Origin: Candidatus Omnitrophota bacterium | Lineage (GTDB): Bacteria > Omnitrophota > Gorgyraeia > Gygaellales > Profunditerraquicolaceae | Assembly (NCBI GenBank): GCA_043812955.1 | Contig: JBDRLN010000064.1 | Location: 326 to 64,325 of the forward strand | Direction of reading: 5' to 3' | Length of the DNA stretch: 64,000 bases | Shown: in pieces, positions 37,386-45,756 of the stretch | How positions within the stretch are numbered: position 1 is the first letter of the stretch | Layout: every line of letters begins with the position of its first letter | Made by a program: the position numbers and the translations under genes | The notes under the pieces: model-generated | Told to the model about the DNA's origin: nothing | Database searches by the model: none | Seen by the model: only the letters and a program-made list of their open reading frames with translations

Positions 37386-38215
37386 AAAGAATAGTATTAC
37401 CGGTAGCGGTATTTTTATTCAGCGCCATATTCATTTATTCCCTTCGTGCCCAAAATTTCGCGAAAAAACCTCAGGAAAAAATATCCCTGTCTGAGCCTCA
37501 AAAATCATTAGTTAAAGGCGAAACCCTTGAATACTCGGTTGAGTGGCTAGGTATACCCTCCGGGGTAATAATTTTTAATGTCGTAGGTACATTTAACTAC
37601 AAGGGAAGAGAATGCTATTATCTGAAATTCTGGGCTAGACTAAATAATTTTTTTGCCAGGTTTTATGATGTTGAATACAACATCGAAAGCTTTGTAGACG
37701 TTGAGCATTTTTATCCCTATTATTATATAAAGAGGAGCCGTTACCGGAATAAATTATGTGTTGAAACGATTGAATTTGACCGCTTGGCCAATACTGCTAA
37801 AACCACTATCGACGGAATAACCGAGGACCTGATAAACTCGTCGTTAAAAAATAAAGTCAAACAACCCCGTACTTCGCTGATCAATGAAAAAAGCCTTGAT
37901 CCGCTTTCCGCAATTTATTTCCTGCGCCTTCAGGATATCGCGCTTAATCAGGAGACCGGATTCTTTATTTACCATGATCGTTCCAATTGGCAGGTTAGCG
38001 TAAAATCAGACGCTCCATATTTAAGAGACTTGCGCAGGATTGGAACGCTGGCGATTATAGAATTAACTCCGCAGTCCAGCCTCACAGGTTTTGTTTTCGG
38101 AAAAAATAACGCGAATATTTATCTAACCCCGGATTCCCGGCGTATCCCGGTAGAATTCAGTGCAAACACAGCTATAGGCTTTATCCGGGCCCGGATCAAA
38201 AAAATCCCTAATTAA
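37382..38215 (+). CDS. DUF3108-like secreted protein
   Basis: Signal peptide; LEYSVEWLGIPSGV motif typical of DUF3108. Confidence 0.6.
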   Translation: MKRIVLPVAVFLFSAIFIYSLRAQNFAKKPQEKISLSEPQKSLVKGETLEYSVEWLGIPSGVIIFNVVGTFNYKGRECYYLKFWARLNNFFARFYDVEYNIESFVDVEHFYPYYYIKRSRYRNKLCVETIEFDRLANTAKTTIDGITEDLINSSLKNKVKQPRTSLINEKSLDPLSAIYFLRLQDIALNQETGFFIYHDRSNWQVSVKSDAPYLRDLRRIGTLAIIELTPQSSLTGFVFGKNNANIYLTPDSRRIPVEFSANTAIGFIRARIKKIPN

Positions 38216-38216
38216 A

Positions 38217-40196
38217 ATGGATGGATTCAAACTAACCTCGCGTTACAAACCCCGCGGAGACCAGCCTAAAGCGATACAAGGATTAAATCAAAGCGTTTTA
38301 AGTAGGAATAAATATCAGACCCTTTTAGGCGTAACCGGTTCAGGTAAAACCTTTACCCTGGCAAATATTATCCATAAGGTAAATCTCCCTACCCTGGTAA
38401 TATCTCATAATAAAACCCTGGCCGCCCAGTTATATTCTGAATTTAAGGAATTCTTTCCCCATAATGCCGTGGAATATTTTGTCAGCTACTATGATTATTA
38501 TCAGCCAGAGGCCTACATGCCAGCAACCGATACCTATATTGAAAAAGACGCTTCCATTAATGACCGACTGGACCGCCTGCGCTTATCCGCTACCAGTAGC
38601 CTGATGTCCCGCCAGGACGTGATTATCATAGCCTCGGTATCCTGCATTTACAATCTAGGTTCGCCTGAAGAATACCGGGAATCCCTAGTTTTTATAGAAA
38701 GAGGTGAAGTTGCCTCCAGGGATAGCCTGATCTCCCGCTTTATCCGGATACAATATGAGCGTAATGATTATGAATTTGTAAGAGGCAGGATCCGGGTAAG
38801 AGGGGATGTAGTAGAAATTTACCCAACTTATAGCGAAAAAGCCCTGCGCCTGGAATTCTTTGGTGATATAATTGAAAAAATACAGGAAATAGACCCGGTA
38901 TCTGCGAAAGTTTTAAATCAGTTAGAAAAAATTGCTGTTTATCCGGCAAAACATTTTATCGCCCCATCTGACAGGATTGATAGCGCAATTAAATCAATCG
39001 AATCAGAACTTAAGGTTCAATTCGACTTCTTAAAAGGCAAAAATAAGCTCTTGGAAGCCCAGCGCCTGGAATCCCGGACTAAATACGACATGGAGATGCT
39101 AAAAGAAATCGGTTATTGTCACGGGATCGAGAATTATTCCCGCCAACTCTCAAACCGGCCCGCCGGCTCAAGGCCGTATTGTTTGATCGATTATTTCCCT
39201 AAAAAATTCTTAACCATTATAGACGAATCCCATGTAACTATACCTCAAATTAGAGGAATGTATAACGGGGATAAGGCCAGAAAGGAAACTCTGGTGGATT
39301 ATGGTTTTAGGCTTCCATCCTGCTTAGATAACAGACCTTTAAAATTTAGCGAATTTGAAAAGGTCATCCAGCAGGTTATTTTTACCTCAGCTACTCCGGA
39401 TGAATATGAAACTAAGAAAAGCAAAAATAAAATATTTGAACAAATAATCCGGCCTACCGGGTTAGTTGACCCACAAATCATCATCAGGCCTACCGAAGGG
39501 CAGATCCCAGATTTAATCCAGGAGGTTAAGAAACGGTCTAAGCAAAACAGCCGGATCTTATTAACTACCTTGACTAAAAGAATGGCCGAAGATTTGACCA
39601 GTTACCTTCAAGAAAAAGGACTTAAGGTTAAATATTTGCATTCCGAGATCAAAACTATCGAACGCTCTAAAATACTCAGAGCCTTAAGGCGGAAGGAATT
39701 TGACTGCCTGGTAGGGATTAATCTTTTAAGAGAAGGTCTGGATCTACCCGAAGTATCCTTGGTAGCGATCTTAGACGCGGATAAAGAAGGCTTCCTACGA
39801 TCGGCAACATCACTGATCCAGGTTTCCGGGAGGGCGGCCCGCAATATTAACGGCTGCGTAATAATGTACGCCGATACAATAACTGGATCAATGAAAAAAG
39901 CGATTACCGAAAGCTCACGGCGCAGGAAGATCCAACTGGAATTTAACCGGAATAATAAAATCACTCCTAAAGGAATAGTAAAAGCGATAAAATCAGGAAT
40001 AGAGGATATGGAAAGCGCGGAAGAATTTGTCCAAGACCTTACAGGTGTGAAAAAAGAGGAATACGAGTTGAAAAATTATATTTCCGAGTTAGAATATGAG
40101 ATGGAATTAGCCAGCCGTAACCTGCATTTTGAAAAAGCGGCTCAGCTAAGGGACAAGATAAAAGACATTAAAGACAGCCTGAAGTCTAAAGGCTAA
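38217..40196 (+). CDS. uvrB: excinuclease ABC subunit B
   Basis: Walker A GVTGSGKTFT, helicase motifs, C-terminal UVR domain. Confidence 0.95.
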   Translation: MDGFKLTSRYKPRGDQPKAIQGLNQSVLSRNKYQTLLGVTGSGKTFTLANIIHKVNLPTLVISHNKTLAAQLYSEFKEFFPHNAVEYFVSYYDYYQPEAYMPATDTYIEKDASINDRLDRLRLSATSSLMSRQDVIIIASVSCIYNLGSPEEYRESLVFIERGEVASRDSLISRFIRIQYERNDYEFVRGRIRVRGDVVEIYPTYSEKALRLEFFGDIIEKIQEIDPVSAKVLNQLEKIAVYPAKHFIAPSDRIDSAIKSIESELKVQFDFLKGKNKLLEAQRLESRTKYDMEMLKEIGYCHGIENYSRQLSNRPAGSRPYCLIDYFPKKFLTIIDESHVTIPQIRGMYNGDKARKETLVDYGFRLPSCLDNRPLKFSEFEKVIQQVIFTSATPDEYETKKSKNKIFEQIIRPTGLVDPQIIIRPTEGQIPDLIQEVKKRSKQNSRILLTTLTKRMAEDLTSYLQEKGLKVKYLHSEIKTIERSKILRALRRKEFDCLVGINLLREGLDLPEVSLVAILDADKEGFLRSATSLIQVSGRAARNINGCVIMYADTITGSMKKAITESSRRRKIQLEFNRNNKITPKGIVKAIKSGIEDMESAEEFVQDLTGVKKEEYELKNYISELEYEMELASRNLHFEKAAQLRDKIKDIKDSLKSKG

Positions 40197-40336
40197 AATT
40201 AAAAGTCTAAAGGACGAATAAAGATTAAAGGTAAAAGATAAAAAGTATAAAATCATATGTTTAAATCTTTGATCTTGGAGTTTTGGTCTTCCTTTAAGAT
40301 TTAAACTCCAATCTTTAAACCTTAAGGTCACTAAAT

Positions 40337-41071
40337 ATGTTATTAGCACTCGATATAGGTAATACTAACATAGCTCTAGGCGTATTCACCAATAACCAAC
40401 TTATTAGAAAATACGCCATTCCCACTAAAATTAAAGATTATTACCCGGATTTAAAAAAAATTACTCGGAAAAACAGAATTACCAGCTGCATCATCTGCAG
40501 CGTTGTTCCGAAGGTAACTAAACGATTAACCTGGGCGCTTAGAAAAGCAGCAGTTAAGAAAATCGGGGTCTGCGGCGTTCATCGTAAAATCCCGATTAAA
40601 AACCTTTACCACTATCCTAGCCAGGTTGGCCAAGACAGATTAGTAAACGCTTATGCCGCTATATCTCTTTACCGATCTCCGGCAATTATCATAGATTTCG
40701 GAACCGCAATAACCTTTGATGTTGTTTCCGCTAAAAAAGAATATAAGGGAGGGCTGATCATTCCCGGATTAGGAATCTCTTTGGAGACCCTGGCGGAGAA
40801 TACCGCACTTTTGCCGAAAGTTAAATTAGCTAAACCCCGTGAGCTTATTGGCCAAGATACCCGCAATAGCATTTTAAGCGGAATAATCTATGGATATAGT
40901 ACGCTAACTGACGGCTTAATCAGGAAACTAAAAACCAACCTCAATAATAAACCCATAGTTATCGGCACTGGCGGTAATATTAAACTGATAGCTGATTACT
41001 GCCGGGAAATAGATAAAATAGACATCAATCTCACCCTCAAAGGCCTTTCTTTAATCTCTAAATCTACGTAG
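40337..41071 (+). CDS. coaX: type III pantothenate kinase
   Basis: N-terminus LLALDIGNTNIALG. Confidence 0.9.
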   Translation: MLLALDIGNTNIALGVFTNNQLIRKYAIPTKIKDYYPDLKKITRKNRITSCIICSVVPKVTKRLTWALRKAAVKKIGVCGVHRKIPIKNLYHYPSQVGQDRLVNAYAAISLYRSPAIIIDFGTAITFDVVSAKKEYKGGLIIPGLGISLETLAENTALLPKVKLAKPRELIGQDTRNSILSGIIYGYSTLTDGLIRKLKTNLNNKPIVIGTGGNIKLIADYCREIDKIDINLTLKGLSLISKST

Positions 41072-41106
41072 AGATGGGAAGAAACGGGGTCAGAATTTTT
41101 TTTAAT

Positions 41107-41163
41107 TAGGGGACGTTTCTATTTTTAATTACTTTAAAAGAAAAAAATAGAAACGTCCCCTAA
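41107..41163. repeat. Family-A palindrome copy 4: GGGGACGTTTCTATTTTT ... AAAAATAGAAACGTCCCC, followed by partial direct repeat TCGTCCCCTAAT
   Basis: Read directly; preceded by a half-copy of family B (GGGGTCAGAATTTTTTTT, 41083-41101). Confidence 0.8.
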
Positions 41164-41180
41164 TCGTCCCCTAATTTTGC

Positions 41181-41209
41181 TTGACAAAACATTGTTTTAC
41201 TTGTATATG
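41181..41209 (+). promoter_or_regulatory. candidate sigma70 promoter (TTGACA, 17-nt spacer, TATATG) followed by ATATG-type short repeats (possible operator) upstream of the HTH gene
   Basis: TTGACA at 41181-41186; AT-rich -10 region; repeated TGTATATG/TGTAGATATG/TGATATGTC motifs at 41200-41240. Confidence 0.4.
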
Positions 41210-41258
41210 TATAATTAGTGTAGATATGCTTTGATATGTCTAAATAGGAGATGAATTT

Positions 41259-41447
41259 ATGTCCAAAACTCAAGAAATCATGACCACCAAAGAGGTAGCT
41301 GACTATTTGCATGTGCACCCCTTAACTGTTCATCGCTATGCCCGAGAAGGTAAGATACCGGCATTTAAAATCGGGACAGACTGGCGTTTTCATCGCAAAT
41401 ATCTGGAAAATTGGATTCGGCAAAAGGTGGACTCAAAAAACAAATGA
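41259..41447 (+). CDS. small HTH_17 (excisionase/MerR-like) DNA-binding protein
   Basis: MTTKEVADYLHVHPLTVHRYAREGKIPAFKIGTDWRF. Confidence 0.65.
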   Translation: MSKTQEIMTTKEVADYLHVHPLTVHRYAREGKIPAFKIGTDWRFHRKYLENWIRQKVDSKNK

Positions 41448-41478
41448 ATTAATTTATCCCTAAAACATTATTTTAGCT

Positions 41479-42072
41479 ATGTGGTATTGGGTATTTTGCG
41501 CGATATTCTCGGTAATAGGCAGGTCGCTATTTAGATTAAAAGTAGAGGGTCTGGAAAATATACCCTCGAAAACTAATTTTATAATAGTCTCTAATCATAA
41601 TAGTTTTCTTGACCCTTTGGTATTTATGGCGGTTATTCCTAAAAAAGTATATTGCATCGCTTTAAGAGATATCTATAAAATCAACTGGATGTCCTGGTTT
41701 TTAAAGGCCGCGGAGACTTTGCCCAGTGGTAGCGCATCGATTAAAGCAGTAAACCTATTACAGCTGAACAAAAATATAGGTTTATTCCCCGAAGGGGGAA
41801 TCAGTCGTGATGGTAAACTAAAAGAATTCAGAAGGGGCGCTGCTTTATTAGCCTATAAAACCGGACGCCCGATACTCCCTTGTGCGATATTAGGAACCTA
41901 TGAATCGCTTCCTTTTGGCTCACGGATCCCAAGGCTGCGGCCCATAAAACTTAAGATCGGAAAACCTATTTATTTTAGTAAAGAATTCGACGAAGAGATA
42001 GATAGCCTGTCGTTACAAGACGGTATACTCAAAATCAGAACTACGATCAAAGGAATGTTAAATGCAAAATAA
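41479..42072 (+). CDS. plsC: 1-acyl-sn-glycerol-3-phosphate acyltransferase family
   Basis: NHNSFLDP (HX4D) and FPEGG motifs. Confidence 0.8.
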   Translation: MWYWVFCAIFSVIGRSLFRLKVEGLENIPSKTNFIIVSNHNSFLDPLVFMAVIPKKVYCIALRDIYKINWMSWFLKAAETLPSGSASIKAVNLLQLNKNIGLFPEGGISRDGKLKEFRRGAALLAYKTGRPILPCAILGTYESLPFGSRIPRLRPIKLKIGKPIYFSKEFDEEIDSLSLQDGILKIRTTIKGMLNAK

Positions 42073-43633
42073 TGAGTTGTTTGAAATAGCGTTAAGCAGA
42101 GTGATTCCGGCTGAGAAATGGAGAATAATACGCCTGCTGACTAAGGTCTGGGAATTTCCTTCCTACATAGGCTGTGTCAAAGAGGCCTCAGTTATCCAAA
42201 AAAAACATAACACTATGCGCACAAAATGGCGGATCCAGGTAGACCACGTGCCGATCAGTTGGATAGAAGAAGATACTCTGGACCTTAAAGAAAATGCCAT
42301 TTACTTTAAAGCGATTGAAGGAGACTTGCCGGAATTCCAGGGTAAATGGTCATTTTACAGCCATCCTGACGGAACAGAAGTTAAGGTAAATGTCTTTCTT
42401 AAGGTCGGTATACCGGCAATCAACGATTTCGCGGATAATTATATAAAAAAATTAGTCACCAAAAATTTTGAGGCAATTCTAGAGGCAATAGAGCGTAGGC
42501 TGATCTCTACTAAATATTCCAGCTATAAACGCGGCAACAAAAATAAAATAGCTGGGTTCGGCATTATCGCCCATCTATATAATTATTGCCATCTGGAAAA
42601 ATGCCTGACTACTTTAAAACCAGGCATTAAGATGCCTTCCCGGGCTTTCCTGCAGCAGCTATATCAGATTACCCCGTCATTTAAGCTCTACGATATTGGT
42701 AAGTTCACTTCTAAAACCGGTGATACGCTAAAAGGATGTGTAGTCATGGCCACTTTTATCCCGGATATGATAGAGCAGGATCAATGGGCAGTCTTCTCCA
42801 AGATCACTAAGGCCTGCAAGATCGCTGAAAAAAACGGAATAGGGATAGTTACTCTTTCCTGTTTCGCATCGATGGTGCCGCAGAAAATCGACCATAATGT
42901 TTCGGATGATGTGCAGATCCCGATAACCACGGGAAATTCATTTACCGTGGCCATGGTTATGGAATCTTTATTAAAAGCCTGCCGTTTACTGCGTATTGAT
43001 TTAAAGCATTCAAAATGCGCTATTATCGGAGGCTGCGGAGATATCGGAAGCGCCTGTGCTCAGATCCTAACAGAAAAGGTAAATCAACTTTGTCTTGCCG
43101 GCAGAACTCCTGCGAAGCTAAAAAGTTTAAGCGATGAACTTACCCGTAAACACAAAGCTAAAATAATCACAAGTACTGATAATGAATTGGCGATTAAGGA
43201 TGCAGATATAGTGATTTGCGCGGCTAACCCCAGCGCCTCAATCATAAACATTAACTGGTTTAAGCCCGGAGCTGTAATCTGCGACGTAGGATACCCTAAA
43301 AATACTCCATATTTTTCCAGCCGCGAAGATATTTTAATATTCTCCGGTGGTTTGGTAAAATCCCCGACACCAATAAATTTCCCAATAGATATGGGCCTGC
43401 CTGCCCCGGATATCCTCTATGCCGCTTATGCCGAAGGTATAATACTGGCATTTGAAAAAAGATATGAAAATTTCACTCCGGAAAAAGGAAATATTACCCC
43501 AGAAATGGTTGATGAGATAAAAAAACTCGGGGCTAGGCATGGATTCGAAACAGCGGACTTTTACTGGGAAGGAAAATTGATCAGCGCTGAAAAGATCAAT
43601 AAAATAAAGAAAATCAAACAATTGATAAAATAA
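42062..43633 (+). CDS. fusion protein: N-terminal SRPBCC (polyketide cyclase/START-like) domain + full acyl-ACP reductase (AAR, cyanobacterial aldehyde-forming type) domain
   Basis: AAR-like blocks FGIIAHLYN, TTGNSFTVAMV, IIGGCGDIGSACAQIL, ICDVGYPKN, LYAAYAEGIILAFE, ARHGFE align with Synechococcus AAR; N-terminal ~170 aa resembles the SRPBCC ligand-binding fold. Confidence 0.65.
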   Translation: MQNNELFEIALSRVIPAEKWRIIRLLTKVWEFPSYIGCVKEASVIQKKHNTMRTKWRIQVDHVPISWIEEDTLDLKENAIYFKAIEGDLPEFQGKWSFYSHPDGTEVKVNVFLKVGIPAINDFADNYIKKLVTKNFEAILEAIERRLISTKYSSYKRGNKNKIAGFGIIAHLYNYCHLEKCLTTLKPGIKMPSRAFLQQLYQITPSFKLYDIGKFTSKTGDTLKGCVVMATFIPDMIEQDQWAVFSKITKACKIAEKNGIGIVTLSCFASMVPQKIDHNVSDDVQIPITTGNSFTVAMVMESLLKACRLLRIDLKHSKCAIIGGCGDIGSACAQILTEKVNQLCLAGRTPAKLKSLSDELTRKHKAKIITSTDNELAIKDADIVICAANPSASIININWFKPGAVICDVGYPKNTPYFSSREDILIFSGGLVKSPTPINFPIDMGLPAPDILYAAYAEGIILAFEKRYENFTPEKGNITPEMVDEIKKLGARHGFETADFYWEGKLISAEKINKIKKIKQLIK

Positions 43634-43643
43634 TTAATATTCA

Positions 43644-44741
43644 ATGAAAAAAGTTAAACCTCATTTTGCTTTTTTAATTCACCCGCCAGAACTTAAGGAT
43701 GTTTCTAAGCGATACCCTATTGCTAATTATATACCTGGATTTATCTTGGAAAAGATCCTTCGGATTTTACCACCGCTGATCGGAACGCAGATAACCGGTT
43801 TTAAATTAAACGGTAAAGAAATCCCGGGCATAATAGTAATTTGCCCACTCACAGCCCAACAAATGTTAAAATATCCGCAGCTCGCAGAGAAAAAGGTTAC
43901 TCAAAGCGTTCTCCTGGCTGAACGCCTGGGTTGCGAGTATATCGGCCTAGGTGCCTTTACCTCCATAGCTACAGATGGAGGTCTAAGTTTAATAAATAAG
44001 GTTAATAATATTAAATTAACTTCAGGTAACGTTTATGCCGCTGCCCTTATTATTGAAAATATTCAAAAAGCTGCCAAAATATTAAATACGGACATTTCTA
44101 AAGCCAGTCTGGCGATCGTAGGCGCCGCAGGTTCAGTTGGTTCGGCCTGCTCAAGAATACTCAGTAAAAAAGTAAATAAGATCATACTTATTGACAAAAG
44201 GTTCGATGAATTAGGCAAAATAGCGCAAGTTATAAAATCTAATAATAACCAGATCGATCTCGAATATTATCCCAATATACCATCGCCTATCCATGCGGAT
44301 ATCGTGGTTTCTGTTGCTAGCGCGTCAAAAGGTATAATTGAATCCTCACATCTAAGGCCAGGCACTATTGTTATTGATGCAGCTCAACCTCATAATGTTT
44401 CAGCAAAAGTCCTGGAAACGCGCAATGATGTAATAATCATCCATTCCGGAATAGCATATTTAGCGGGAATAGATTTACAAATGAACATCGGCCTGAACAA
44501 AGAAGAGATCTATGCCTGCCTGGGAGAAGTGTTAATGCTTATGTATCGAAACTGGGATAATCACTATAGCCTGGGGCCAGTAAATCCCGAACTTGTAGAA
44601 GAAGTACTGGTATATGCGCCGAAAATCGGATTACGGGTAGCTGATTTTCGTAATGGAAAAAAAATGGTTAAAGATGAAGATATTATTAGAGTAATAAAGA
44701 GTTGTCATAGCGGAGAGAAAAATGGCTTATCAAGTCTGTAA
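43644..44741 (+). CDS. acyl-ACP reductase (AAR) family paralog, stand-alone
   Basis: FAFLIHPPELKDV, LGAFTSI, VGAAGSVGSACSRIL, YACLGEVLMLMYRNWDNHYSLG match AAR blocks. Confidence 0.7.
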   Translation: MKKVKPHFAFLIHPPELKDVSKRYPIANYIPGFILEKILRILPPLIGTQITGFKLNGKEIPGIIVICPLTAQQMLKYPQLAEKKVTQSVLLAERLGCEYIGLGAFTSIATDGGLSLINKVNNIKLTSGNVYAAALIIENIQKAAKILNTDISKASLAIVGAAGSVGSACSRILSKKVNKIILIDKRFDELGKIAQVIKSNNNQIDLEYYPNIPSPIHADIVVSVASASKGIIESSHLRPGTIVIDAAQPHNVSAKVLETRNDVIIIHSGIAYLAGIDLQMNIGLNKEEIYACLGEVLMLMYRNWDNHYSLGPVNPELVEEVLVYAPKIGLRVADFRNGKKMVKDEDIIRVIKSCHSGEKNGLSSL

Positions 44742-45756
44742 TAAGTGTATTCTTGATACAAATATCCCTTATATTAATTTTAATAACGACGGTGTTTGTA
44801 ATATATGCGTTGATCATCAAAAGGCTCTAACGGGTGAGCCGATTAAAGATTACGAAAGGTTAGAGAAAAAATTCGCAAAATTGGTAAAAACAAATAATAA
44901 AAAAATCAAGTATGACTGTTTATGCCTTTATAGCGGAGGCAAAGACAGCACTAATATGCTTTATAACCTAGTAAAAAAACACAATCTTAAAGTGTTGGCT
45001 TTTACGCTGGATAACTGGTTTCTCTCAAAACAAACCTACTCCAATATCAATAAGGTTTTATCGAAATTGAATATTGATCATATAATTTTCAAACCTTCCT
45101 GGAACTTAACGGAATCTTTATTTAAATCCGGGATTTATAAGACTGGAAATTCAAAAGAAGCTCAAAAAATGTCATTTCTGATAGGCCATGTTTGCTGGCC
45201 TTGTTTTGTTATGATTAGTATTTTTTCAATCAAAACAGCTTTAGAAAAGAATATACCCAATATTATAGTCGGCACTACTCCCGGTCAGCTTACCCAAAAG
45301 GAGAGCACTCTTTTAAGTAAATATTCCGGAATAACTGATGTGTATAAAAAAATGATACTCCCTTTTTTAAAAATACTGGATAACGATGAAAAATATTATT
45401 TGAATTTATCGCTGGGTGAAAAACTCAAGAGCCTAAAGCTTAAACTTGTACCTTTTTATGAATACCATCGATATTGCGAAGAAGACGTTTTTAAAACAGT
45501 TGAAACTGAATTTGGATGGCAAAAACCGCAGGATACTGATTCCTGCAGCAGTAATTGCTCGATTAATTCCCTGGGCATATTAATTCATAGGAAAAAATAT
45601 AATATCAGTCCGTATTTAATCCCCCTGGCTCATGATGTAAGGGAAGGCTTAGTAAATCGGGAGAAGGCCATGAGCGATACATCTTCAGTCATCGACGAAA
45701 ATCTGGCGCGGGATATGGCGGCAAAACTGAATATTAACTGCGAAGACATCTTATGA
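44722..45756 (+). CDS. N-acetyl sugar amidotransferase-like PP-loop ATP pyrophosphatase (WbuX/PseA-like)
   Basis: N-terminal Cys cluster CNKC...CNIC followed by the PP-loop YSGGKDST. Confidence 0.65.
   Translation: MAYQVCNKCILDTNIPYINFNNDGVCNICVDHQKALTGEPIKDYERLEKKFAKLVKTNNKKIKYDCLCLYSGGKDSTNMLYNLVKKHNLKVLAFTLDNWFLSKQTYSNINKVLSKLNIDHIIFKPSWNLTESLFKSGIYKTGNSKEAQKMSFLIGHVCWPCFVMISIFSIKTALEKNIPNIIVGTTPGQLTQKESTLLSKYSGITDVYKKMILPFLKILDNDEKYYLNLSLGEKLKSLKLKLVPFYEYHRYCEEDVFKTVETEFGWQKPQDTDSCSSNCSINSLGILIHRKKYNISPYLIPLAHDVREGLVNREKAMSDTSSVIDENLARDMAAKLNINCEDIL

Noticed and set aside
41259-41447. Excisionase-family HTH genes (14522, 15112, 41259) plus the tRNA cluster as evidence of an integrated prophage or ICE
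   Set aside because: No integrase, recombinase, transposase or phage structural genes anywhere in the window. HTH_17 domains also occur in ordinary regulators.
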